From contig JALSOP010000037.1 of assembly GCA_026986435.1 (NCBI GenBank), forward strand, positions 1-55,076: DNA of 55,076 bases. The letters are read 5' to 3'. The notes under the pieces are model-generated. The model had not been told where the DNA came from and made no database searches. It was given only the letters and a program-made list of their open reading frames with translations. The stretch's first letter is position 1. Each line of letters begins with the position of its first letter. This DNA comes from Desulfurococcales archaeon. GTDB taxonomy: Archaea; Thermoproteota; Thermoprotei_A; Sulfolobales; NBVN01. Shown piece after piece: positions 19,294 to 27,614 of this stretch. The translations under genes were made by a program, and so were the position numbers.

Positions 19294-19508
19294 GCGTAAT
19301 AGGATACAGATTTTTATCTTAACATTTTTATTAAATTTTCCGTTAGCTTGTATACAATATCCTCTAATTCTAATTTTAATCTAAGTTATCTTAACTAAAT
19401 AATGTACACTTAAAGCCAATAATGCCTACCCTGCGTCTCGCTTATTTGCTTTCCTTAATTAACGGTTTATTAAAAGGTATGTCGGTGATAGATTTCTAGG
19501 AGAGGATT

Positions 19509-20897
19509 ATGAAAGATAAAGTTGACATACTCATAAATAACGCCCTCGTTGTCACTATGAACAGAAACAGAGATGTAATACCTAGAGGTTTTGTCGCCAT
19601 AAGAGATGGAAAAATAGTCGATGTTGGGGTCGGTGACGGTACCAGCAAGTACGAGTCTGAGGAGATTGTTGAGGGTCGGCGCACTGTTGTAACACCTGGA
19701 TTCGTGTGCGCTCACACACACTTTTACGGTGTGCTCCTCGCAGCATCCACGTGGTTTGGGTTGATTGAGCCGCCTACTGACTTTCAGCAGAATCTTCAGA
19801 GGATATGGTGGGCTCTTGACGAGAACATAACGTACGATGACATATACGTAGCTTCGCTGATGGGCTCCATAATGTTTGCAAGGACAGGCACAACATTCTT
19901 CAAAGACATGAATTCCTCGCCAAACTCGGTGACAAACGGACTAGACTACATAAGGAAAGGAGCGGAGGAGGTCGGTTTAAGGGGTTTTGCAGGCTTCTGC
20001 GCTACGCAGAGGAGGAGCCCTGAGGAGGGGTTCAAAATAATCGCAGAGAACGAGAGATTCGTTAGGGAGACGCATTCTGATCCCAAGGCAAGGGTTAAGG
20101 GATTCTTCGCTGTACACGCGTCCTTTACTGTGACTGATGAAGTGCTGACAAAGACAAAGGAGCTAGCGGACAAGTACGGAACAATTTATGCGATGCACGT
20201 TGAAGAGGGCCTTATAGACGTGTACCACAATATCGAGAGATACGGTAAAAGACCAATAGAAAGGCTGAGGGACATAGGCTTCCTCTCTGATAGATTCGTG
20301 GCCGTGCATGTTGTGCAGGCGATTGATGAAGAACTTAAAATTATTAAGGAGTACGGGGTAAATGTGGCACATAATGCTATGAGCAATATGATAAACGGTG
20401 TCGGTGTTCCACGCATTCAGAAGATGCTGGAACTCGGCATAAATGTTGCCATAGGTAATGATGGTTATGTATTCGATGTATTCGATAACATGAGGTCAAC
20501 ATACCTTGTGCATAAGGTCGTGAATAAAGATCCGAGGATCCTAGCCCCTCTAGACGTAATTGAGATGGCGACAATCAACGCAGCCAAGGCCCTGCACATG
20601 GACGACAGAATAGGGTCTATAGAGCCGGGTAAGGACGCTGACATAGTCATCATAAGACCAGAGTTTGTGCCAACACCTCTGAACGAGAAGACAGTCTACG
20701 GTCATATAGTGAATACGTTCACTGGCCAGGACGTGTGGGGCGTCCTTGTGGAGGGTAGGTGGGTGACTAAGGAGAGGAAGTTCATGACAGTGGATGTCGA
20801 GGAGGCTATGGAAAAGGCTCATAAGACAATAGAGAGACTCTGGGACAGGATGGCGTCCATGGAGGAAAAGTACAAGATAGAGTACCTCCGCGCATGA
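19509..20897 (+). CDS. ssnA: SsnA-like metal-dependent amidohydrolase
   Basis: PGFVCAHTHFYG, DF.QNL.RIWWALD, HASFTV, MHVEEG, HN..SNM.NGVG, IGNDG match the SsnA subfamily pattern. Confidence 0.8.
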   Translation: MKDKVDILINNALVVTMNRNRDVIPRGFVAIRDGKIVDVGVGDGTSKYESEEIVEGRRTVVTPGFVCAHTHFYGVLLAASTWFGLIEPPTDFQQNLQRIWWALDENITYDDIYVASLMGSIMFARTGTTFFKDMNSSPNSVTNGLDYIRKGAEEVGLRGFAGFCATQRRSPEEGFKIIAENERFVRETHSDPKARVKGFFAVHASFTVTDEVLTKTKELADKYGTIYAMHVEEGLIDVYHNIERYGKRPIERLRDIGFLSDRFVAVHVVQAIDEELKIIKEYGVNVAHNAMSNMINGVGVPRIQKMLELGINVAIGNDGYVFDVFDNMRSTYLVHKVVNKDPRILAPLDVIEMATINAAKALHMDDRIGSIEPGKDADIVIIRPEFVPTPLNEKTVYGHIVNTFTGQDVWGVLVEGRWVTKERKFMTVDVEEAMEKAHKTIERLWDRMASMEEKYKIEYLRA

Positions 20898-20903
20898 GAT
20901 TTT

Positions 20904-22139
20904 GTGGGGGTGAATAAGGTGGCGGTGGATCTAACCGTAGAGATAGCGGGCCTAAAGTTCAAGAACCCGATCCTAAACTCCGCATGCCCTATATCAAGGG
21001 ATGGCCCAGCCATGGAGAGGCTGGCCGAGGCCGGCATAGGAGGCTTAGTGAGCAAGACCATAGGTGTCGTCGCTGCCAAGGTGCCGAGGCCTCACATGGG
21101 CGTGGTGAACAGAGGCATAATTGACATGGTCGTGCCGACCTACAGAGGAGGGCAGTTCCAGACAAGAGTCAACAAAATAAGGGGTGCGTTCTACGGACTC
21201 CTCAACGCAGAGCTATGGACAGATCTTCCGCCGGAGCAGTGGTTCGAGAAGGAGTTACCCTATGCTAGGAAAGTTGCCGACAAGTTCGGAATACCCCTGA
21301 TTGCCAGTATCGGCTATAAGCCTCACGAGCTGAAGGAACTAGGGCCAAAGGCTGTTAAGGCCGGTGCCGAGGGCATAGAGTTCTCTACCCACTACCTCGG
21401 CTACGACTACAGGCCAGTAATTGAGTCGGCAAAGGCACTGAGGGAGGCTGTGGATGTGCCAATATTCCCGAAGCTCTCACCACACATCTTCGGACTGACC
21501 GAGATGGTCAAAGAGCTTGAGCAGGTCGGTGTAGACGGTATAGTGGCTATAAATACCGTTGGTCCAGCCCTTCACATAGACATTGAGACTGGCAGGCCGT
21601 ATATGGGTGGTCCCTTTGGCCACGGCTGGCTCTCGGGCCCCGCGATAAAGCCCATAGGTGTAGCAATAGTAGCGGAGATAGCGAAGAACACTAAGCTCCC
21701 CGTGATCGGTGTCGGAGGCGTCACTACGCCTGAAGACGTGATCGAGTACATAATGGCCGGTGCCTCGGCGGTGCAAGTCTGTACATCGGTTCTCGTAGAA
21801 GGTCTTGGGGTGATAAAGAAGCTTGTCGAGGGGGTTGAGAAGTGGCTGAAGGAGCACGGCTACTCATCGATAGAGGACATAAAGGGTAAGGCCCTGAAGT
21901 ACCTGACAAAGGAGCCAGGGTGGTGGGAGATAAAGTCGCCGAAGGTTAACGAGGAACTCTGTATCTCGTGCGGGCTCTGTGAGCAGGTCTGTGACTACGA
22001 CGCTGTCCACCTCGTCAACAAGGGCGGTAAACTACTGCCCGTGGTGAACGAGCAGAAGTGCTACGGCTGTGGTCTCTGTACGACGGCCTGCCCGACCAGG
22101 GCGATACACTTCCCGGACGAGTACTGGCCCAAGATATGA
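20904..22139 (+). CDS. DHODH/PreA-like FMN oxidoreductase with C-terminal 2x[4Fe-4S] domain
   Basis: GLKFKNP, LVSKT, LLNAEL, PKLSP, AINT, WLSGPAIKP, GVGG, AVQVCT; CISCGLCEQVC and CYGCGLCTTACP. Confidence 0.85.
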   Translation: MGVNKVAVDLTVEIAGLKFKNPILNSACPISRDGPAMERLAEAGIGGLVSKTIGVVAAKVPRPHMGVVNRGIIDMVVPTYRGGQFQTRVNKIRGAFYGLLNAELWTDLPPEQWFEKELPYARKVADKFGIPLIASIGYKPHELKELGPKAVKAGAEGIEFSTHYLGYDYRPVIESAKALREAVDVPIFPKLSPHIFGLTEMVKELEQVGVDGIVAINTVGPALHIDIETGRPYMGGPFGHGWLSGPAIKPIGVAIVAEIAKNTKLPVIGVGGVTTPEDVIEYIMAGASAVQVCTSVLVEGLGVIKKLVEGVEKWLKEHGYSSIEDIKGKALKYLTKEPGWWEIKSPKVNEELCISCGLCEQVCDYDAVHLVNKGGKLLPVVNEQKCYGCGLCTTACPTRAIHFPDEYWPKI

Positions 22140-22226
22140 GGCAAGTGAGTGAACGTTTGTTTTTTACAATTGCAAGTTAATCTTCTTACATAACCTCACC
22201 CGTCTATTACCTCCGAGGTACCGGGG

Positions 22227-23504
22227 TTGAGTAGGTTCATTAAGTACCTAAAATGTTCCAGGTGCGGCAAGATCTACCCGTACGAGGATGCCCGGATAAC
22301 GTGTGAAAAGAATGACCTAGGTAGGCTCGACATACACTACGATTACGAAGCGATGAAGGAGGTCGTGACAAAAGAGTACCTGGCCAAGATACCGCTTGAG
22401 AGTATGTGGAAGTACAAAGACCTCATCCCGCCGAAGGACGAGAGCAAGATCGTTAGCCTGGGCGAGGGCGCTACCCCGCTGATAAAGGCAAAGAGGCTGG
22501 CGGAGGAGCTCGGCCTGAAGAACCTCTACCTGAAGGACGAGACCAGGAACCCTACGGGCTCGTTTAAGGACAGGGGCATGTCGGTGGCGGTGAGCGTTGC
22601 TAAGGAGTTCGGCTTTACTAAGGCAGTAACAGCGTCCAGCGGTAATGCCGCCGCTGCACTAGCGGCTTATGGTGCTAGGGCCGGGATCGACGTCATAGCA
22701 TTCGTGATAGAGCAGGCTGGCTACGGCAAGATAGCCCAGCTCCTCTTCTACGGAGCTAAGGTGTTCAGGGTGCGCGGACTCGGTAGGGAGGACCCGACCG
22801 TCAAGCTGATGAGGATGGTGCACGAGAGGTTCGGCTTCTACATGGCCCCGAGTTTCGGCCCCTTCAACCCGTACCAGATCGAGGGACCCAAGACGATCTC
22901 ATACGAGATCGTGGAGCAGCTGGGCTGGAGGAGCCCTGACTGGGTCTTCGTCCCTGTTGGGGCGGCATCACTCCTCACAGGCGTCTGGAAGGGGTTCAGG
23001 GACTTTAGGGAGCTAGGCATAATACCTGACCTACCCCACCTCTTCGCTGTTCAATCAACGGGTAACCCGCCCTTTGTGAGGGCGTTCAAGGAAGGGCAGG
23101 ACCCATTCAACATAAAGCCTTGGGATCATCCTCACACGATAGCGTGGGGGCTGGAGGACCCGTACCCCTGGGACGGTGATGCAGGCATAGCGGCTCTTAA
23201 GGAAACCAAGGGTGACGCCGAGGAGGTCCCAGACGAACTAATACTGAAGGCAATGAAGCTCCTGGCCTCCAGGGAGGGTGTGTTCGCGGAGCCCTCCGGC
23301 GCGGCCGGCCTCGCTGGCCTCATGGCCGCCCTCGAGGATGGGAGGGTTGATAAGGATGAGGAGGTAGTGGTTCTCGTCACTGGCCACGGGCTCAAAGACC
23401 CAGATGTGGTTAAGGAGAGCGCGGGTGATGCTCCGACGATCAGTGCTGACCTCGAGGAGTTCAAGTTCGTTCTGAGCAAGGCCTACGGTATCAAGATTCA
23501 GTGA
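22227..23504 (+). CDS. Threonine-synthase-like PLP enzyme (fold type II)
   Basis: N-terminal CxxC, SLGEGATPL, NPTGSFKDRG (PLP Lys), ASSGN, EPSGAA, TGHGLKD. Confidence 0.85.
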   Translation: MSRFIKYLKCSRCGKIYPYEDARITCEKNDLGRLDIHYDYEAMKEVVTKEYLAKIPLESMWKYKDLIPPKDESKIVSLGEGATPLIKAKRLAEELGLKNLYLKDETRNPTGSFKDRGMSVAVSVAKEFGFTKAVTASSGNAAAALAAYGARAGIDVIAFVIEQAGYGKIAQLLFYGAKVFRVRGLGREDPTVKLMRMVHERFGFYMAPSFGPFNPYQIEGPKTISYEIVEQLGWRSPDWVFVPVGAASLLTGVWKGFRDFRELGIIPDLPHLFAVQSTGNPPFVRAFKEGQDPFNIKPWDHPHTIAWGLEDPYPWDGDAGIAALKETKGDAEEVPDELILKAMKLLASREGVFAEPSGAAGLAGLMAALEDGRVDKDEEVVVLVTGHGLKDPDVVKESAGDAPTISADLEEFKFVLSKAYGIKIQ

Positions 23505-23599
23505 TTTTTACTCAGTAATGGTCCATGTATTACCATAGATAAGTGCCTTAAGCCGTCTCAGACCTAACCTGTAGGGGAGTTCTTCTGGACGCTGTACTG

Positions 23600-24589
23600 A
23601 TGAGGACTTTGGTGAAGGGCAATGACCACGGAGTAATATCGGTTGGCCTAGTGGATATAGATGGTGTCGAGGACGGAAGGATCCGCATAGTCACCCACGT
23701 CCACTCGGACCACACAGTGGGCTTAAGTAAGAGCACCAACATATCAGAGAAAATCGTTGCTACCCCTCTCACGCTCGAGTGGTTGCCTGTGCTTGGCCAT
23801 AAACTACCGCGACATAAGCTACTACCCCTTGATTACGGTGAGGAGGTTAGGGTGGGTGACCTGAAAATAACGTTCTATGAGTCAGTACACATTCCCGGCA
23901 CGGCGCAGGTGATGATAGAGTTTCCAGACGGTATAACACTTGCTTACACAAGCGATTTCAAAAAGCCTGGGGAGGGTACCCCAATACTCAGCCCGGACGT
24001 GCTGGTCATCGACGCCGTCTATGGGAGGCCGAACTACGTGAGGGAGTTCGATGACATTATCGACACGATCCTCGCCGACGCGGTGAGAGAGCTGCTGGCA
24101 ACCGGGCCCGTGTACCTCTACGGGTATCATGGCAAAATACAGGAGGTAATGGAGGTGCTTCGTAGGGAGGGTGTCGACGCCCCCTTCATACTCCCGTACA
24201 AGCAGTACCAGCTGGCGAGAATAGCTGAGAGGCACGGTCACAGGTTCGGTGACTATGTTCTCCAGGGAACGGATGAGGCTGAGGACATAATCAGGGATGG
24301 GTGGTTCATCTACTTCGCCCACGTCAACTCAAAGAGGAGACTGAATGGTGTTATGGGTAACCACCTTATCTTGAGCGGATGGGAATTCAGCAGACCTTAC
24401 AAGAGGATAGGGCGGAATAAGTGGCTCGTTGCCTTCAGCGATCACGCGGACTTCACGGGGCTCCTTAGGTATGTGGAGGAGAGCAGGCCTAAGCTATTGC
24501 TGGTGAACTTGCCGAGGAGCACGGGAGGGATAGAATTTGCTGAATACGTCAGGAAAAAATTTGGGATAGAGGCCCTACTACTCCCCTAA
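23600..24589 (+). CDS. Metallo-beta-lactamase/beta-CASP-like nuclease (COG1236-like)
   Basis: THVHSDH, HIPG, YTSDF, DAVYG, FSDHADF. Confidence 0.85.
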   Translation: MRTLVKGNDHGVISVGLVDIDGVEDGRIRIVTHVHSDHTVGLSKSTNISEKIVATPLTLEWLPVLGHKLPRHKLLPLDYGEEVRVGDLKITFYESVHIPGTAQVMIEFPDGITLAYTSDFKKPGEGTPILSPDVLVIDAVYGRPNYVREFDDIIDTILADAVRELLATGPVYLYGYHGKIQEVMEVLRREGVDAPFILPYKQYQLARIAERHGHRFGDYVLQGTDEAEDIIRDGWFIYFAHVNSKRRLNGVMGNHLILSGWEFSRPYKRIGRNKWLVAFSDHADFTGLLRYVEESRPKLLLVNLPRSTGGIEFAEYVRKKFGIEALLLP

Positions 24590-25573
24590 CTCGGACTCCC
24601 TTAGCTCATAGGGTTCCTTGATGAAGGATTCAGTCAGCGTCAAGCCGTACTCCTCTAGTAGTATCAGGATTGCTGCCTGCGGAGGAATGACCCCCTTCTC
24701 GGTTATTATTGCGTCTATGTACTCCGGCGGCGTCACGTCGAACACCGGGTTGTAGACCTTAACCTCTGGGTTCCTGTTGAGCCACTCCTCCGTCACTATC
24801 TCGAGTGGTGACCTGACCTCAATCGGTACCAGCTCCCCTATCACGGTCTGGGGGCTGAATTTGTAGGTCTCGCTGGCGACATACATACGTACCCTGGCCT
24901 CCTTAGCAGCCAGGGCAACCATAGATGTGCCGATCTTGTTAATGACAGCACCATTGGCAGCTATTGTGTCAGCGCCGACAACCACCTTGTTCACTTTCTT
25001 CATAAAGTACCTCACTGAAGAGTCCGGTATGAGGATGACGTCAAGGCCTGCATCCGCTAGGGCCTTGGCAGTAATTAGGCCCTGCATCTTGGGCCTCGTC
25101 TCCTTCACGTACACCCTGTGCACCTTGCCCTGGTTATGGGCCGTAGCGATGACCGACACGGCGGCGGTGCTGTGGCAATGTGTCATCACTACATCGCCGT
25201 TTTCCAATCTTTTAGCACCAAGTTCCCCGATTATTCTTACAGCGTTAAGTGAGTACTCGATGAACTCTTCAGCAGCGTTAACGACTGCGCGGACAGCCTC
25301 CTCGAGGGATGATGCCCCGGATCTTTTTAGTCTATTCATAACGTAAGCGACGGCGTTGGGTAGCGAGACAGCTGTTGGTCTGGCTGACCTCACGAACTCA
25401 GCTATTCTTTCCATGTACGCCATGAAGTCTTTCAGGTTCCTTCCCTTGAACTCCTCGGCAGCTATGGCCAGTGCCCTGGCCCCTGCCCTGGCTATTCTGC
25501 CAGCGCCCCTGATCCTCATTTCCTTTATGTCGAGCCAGATCTTCCTTACACCCTCGGGTACATACTCGCTCAT
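24578..25573 (-). CDS. Ribose-1,5-bisphosphate isomerase (eIF2B-like family)
   Basis: MRIRGAGRIAR, RPTAVSLPNA, catalytic THCHS, ETRP, VGADTI, NKIGT, ETYKF, FDVTPPEY. Confidence 0.9.
   Translation of the reverse strand: MSEYVPEGVRKIWLDIKEMRIRGAGRIARAGARALAIAAEEFKGRNLKDFMAYMERIAEFVRSARPTAVSLPNAVAYVMNRLKRSGASSLEEAVRAVVNAAEEFIEYSLNAVRIIGELGAKRLENGDVVMTHCHSTAAVSVIATAHNQGKVHRVYVKETRPKMQGLITAKALADAGLDVILIPDSSVRYFMKKVNKVVVGADTIAANGAVINKIGTSMVALAAKEARVRMYVASETYKFSPQTVIGELVPIEVRSPLEIVTEEWLNRNPEVKVYNPVFDVTPPEYIDAIITEKGVIPPQAAILILLEEYGLTLTESFIKEPYELRESELGE
24698..24742. repeat. 45-bp exact direct repeat, copy 1 (copy 2 at 25681-25725)
   Basis: ctcggttattattgcgtctatgtactccggcggcgtcacgtcgaa is identical in both eIF2B-like paralogs. 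Confidence 0.9.
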
Positions 25574-26562
25574 AGGGACCGCACCTCCTTGAGAAGTTCC
25601 TTAATGCTCTTCACTCTTGGCGGAAGCCCATACTTCTCCTTAATGAGTATAGGTACGGCCTGTGGGGCTATGAGCCCGTGCTCGGTTATTATTGCGTCTA
25701 TGTACTCCGGCGGCGTCACGTCGAATATTGGCTCCCTAACAATCACCTTTCCAGTGAGTTCCTCCATTCTATTCCGAGGGATTATGAGCTCGGGATCGTT
25801 CAGGACTATGCCCTCAATCAGTTCTCCGAAGACTGTCTCTATACCGAACTTGTAGGTGCCAGCAGCTACTAGCACCCTGGTCCTCGCCTCTTTCGCTGCC
25901 AGGGCTATTGCTGATGTACCTGCCTTATTGACTATCGCGCCATTCGCGGCTACGGCGTCGGCACCGACTATGACCTTGCTTATCTTTTTCATCACGAACC
26001 TTACGGCAGAGTCAACGATGAGTGTTGTGTCAATTCCCATCTTAGCTATTTTTTCAGCGGCAACCAAGCCCTCTCCTAGGGGTCTCGACTCGGTGACGTA
26101 CACACTGAAGTTCTTACCCTCTCTTAAGGCTTCCTCAAATATTCTTATGACTGATGTGCTGTACGAGTGAGTAAGGATGACGTCACCATTAACTATTCTT
26201 TTTGCACCAACCCTAGCCACGATTTTCTTTGTGTGCTCTATCTCCTCATTTATCTTGTCTATTATTGCGGCGACCTTCTCAATGGCTGCCTCGACACCAC
26301 TTCTCTTAGCCTCATTCACGAACCCGATTAGGAACTCCCTGAGAAGATTCGACATAACCATGGACGTGGGCCTTGCATCTATTATCGTCTCTACCCAGCT
26401 AGGGAGGTACTTGACGAAATCCCTCCCACATACCTTGACAACGTCTGAGAGGAATGAGAAGGCAGCGTAGGCTGCCTCCGTGGACCCGAGTATTCTGCCA
26501 TGCCTGAGGTCGGAAGCTAGGGCATCGACTCTAGTAGCTATTTCCCTACACTGTTGTGACAT
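25570..26562 (-). CDS. eIF2B/R15P-isomerase-like paralog lacking the catalytic Cys
   Basis: RPTS, THSYS, ESRP, VGADAV, NKAGT, TYKF, FDVTPPEY. Confidence 0.85.
   Translation of the reverse strand: MSQQCREIATRVDALASDLRHGRILGSTEAAYAAFSFLSDVVKVCGRDFVKYLPSWVETIIDARPTSMVMSNLLREFLIGFVNEAKRSGVEAAIEKVAAIIDKINEEIEHTKKIVARVGAKRIVNGDVILTHSYSTSVIRIFEEALREGKNFSVYVTESRPLGEGLVAAEKIAKMGIDTTLIVDSAVRFVMKKISKVIVGADAVAANGAIVNKAGTSAIALAAKEARTRVLVAAGTYKFGIETVFGELIEGIVLNDPELIIPRNRMEELTGKVIVREPIFDVTPPEYIDAIITEHGLIAPQAVPILIKEKYGLPPRVKSIKELLKEVRSL
25681..25725. repeat. 45-bp exact direct repeat, copy 2
   Basis: Same sequence as 24698-24742. Confidence 0.9.
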
Positions 26563-26642
26563 CCACCATCACATGTTACTTTTCTTATCGAGCACAGAAA
26601 ATCCTAACTGTGAAGTGAACGATTGCTACGGACGTTTTAACC

Positions 26643-27614
26643 CTAGATCACCGTGGGTTCAGCGAGTCTCCTGCATTCGCTCGCGTACTCCATGAGTTCG
26701 GTGTACCTTGGCGAACCCCTCGGACCCTCTCTCGAAGCGTTGATTGTGGCAGCACATGTTGCCAGAACCATGGCGTCGATGAAGTCGTGGCCCACAGATA
26801 CGGCAGCTGTGAACACGCCCACGTACGCATCTCCGCAACCGCTTGTTGACCTAGTCCTTAGCCCGAGCCTCTCTGTGGGTATGCCACGCACTATCAGGAC
26901 ACGGTCCTCCATGAAGAGTCTCGAACCTTTGATTCCTTCCTTGCTGAGGACGCGCAGTCCCGGATTTATCTGCCTTAACCTTTCCACCGCTTCTTCAACG
27001 CTGGTTGCCCGTGTCATGGAGAGGAGTTCGTCCTTATTTGGTGCGATTATGTCGACACGGCGGATAATCCCATCCAGCTTATCTATTCCTTCATGTGAGA
27101 GTGAGCCAGGATCCCACACCACCATAGCACCCCTCTCCCTAGCCCAACCAGCAATCGCTTCAGCAACCTCTATAGGCGGGTTCATTATTAGTACGGCAGC
27201 TGGTTTAACATCTGAATTAAGCAGCGGTCGTACGTCGGCATCATTGAGCGCCTCATTCGCTCCGTAGTAGCTGTAGATGGCGGTTTCCCCGGATGGATTA
27301 ACGGCAACGAATGCCTGCCCGGATTCGACGCCATCCTTGGTAACGATAAATGACGTGTCTATTCCTTCACTTCTCAAGGCATCGATGTGTTGCCTACCGA
27401 CCTCGTCGTTGCCTATTGCCCCGACCATGATCACTGTCCCGCGCACTCCCAGAAATCGTGCGGCAGCCGTAGCGGCGTTACCGCCTGATCCTCCCAGGTA
27501 CCTCGCAAGCGCCCTAACCCTAACTTTAGGTGGAGCGAACCTATTGACGAAAAGCATGGTGTCGTAGTTTAGTGAGCCGGCCACTATGACCTTAATCTTT
27601 TTATTCCTATCCAT
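26643..27614 (-). CDS. PfkB/ribokinase family carbohydrate kinase
   Basis: GSLNYD, GGSGGNAA, GAIGNDEVG, WDPG, PNKDE, TSGCGDAY. Confidence 0.9.
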   Translation of the reverse strand: MDRNKKIKVIVAGSLNYDTMLFVNRFAPPKVRVRALARYLGGSGGNAATAAARFLGVRGTVIMVGAIGNDEVGRQHIDALRSEGIDTSFIVTKDGVESGQAFVAVNPSGETAIYSYYGANEALNDADVRPLLNSDVKPAAVLIMNPPIEVAEAIAGWARERGAMVVWDPGSLSHEGIDKLDGIIRRVDIIAPNKDELLSMTRATSVEEAVERLRQINPGLRVLSKEGIKGSRLFMEDRVLIVRGIPTERLGLRTRSTSGCGDAYVGVFTAAVSVGHDFIDAMVLATCAATINASREGPRGSPRYTELMEYASECRRLAEPTVI

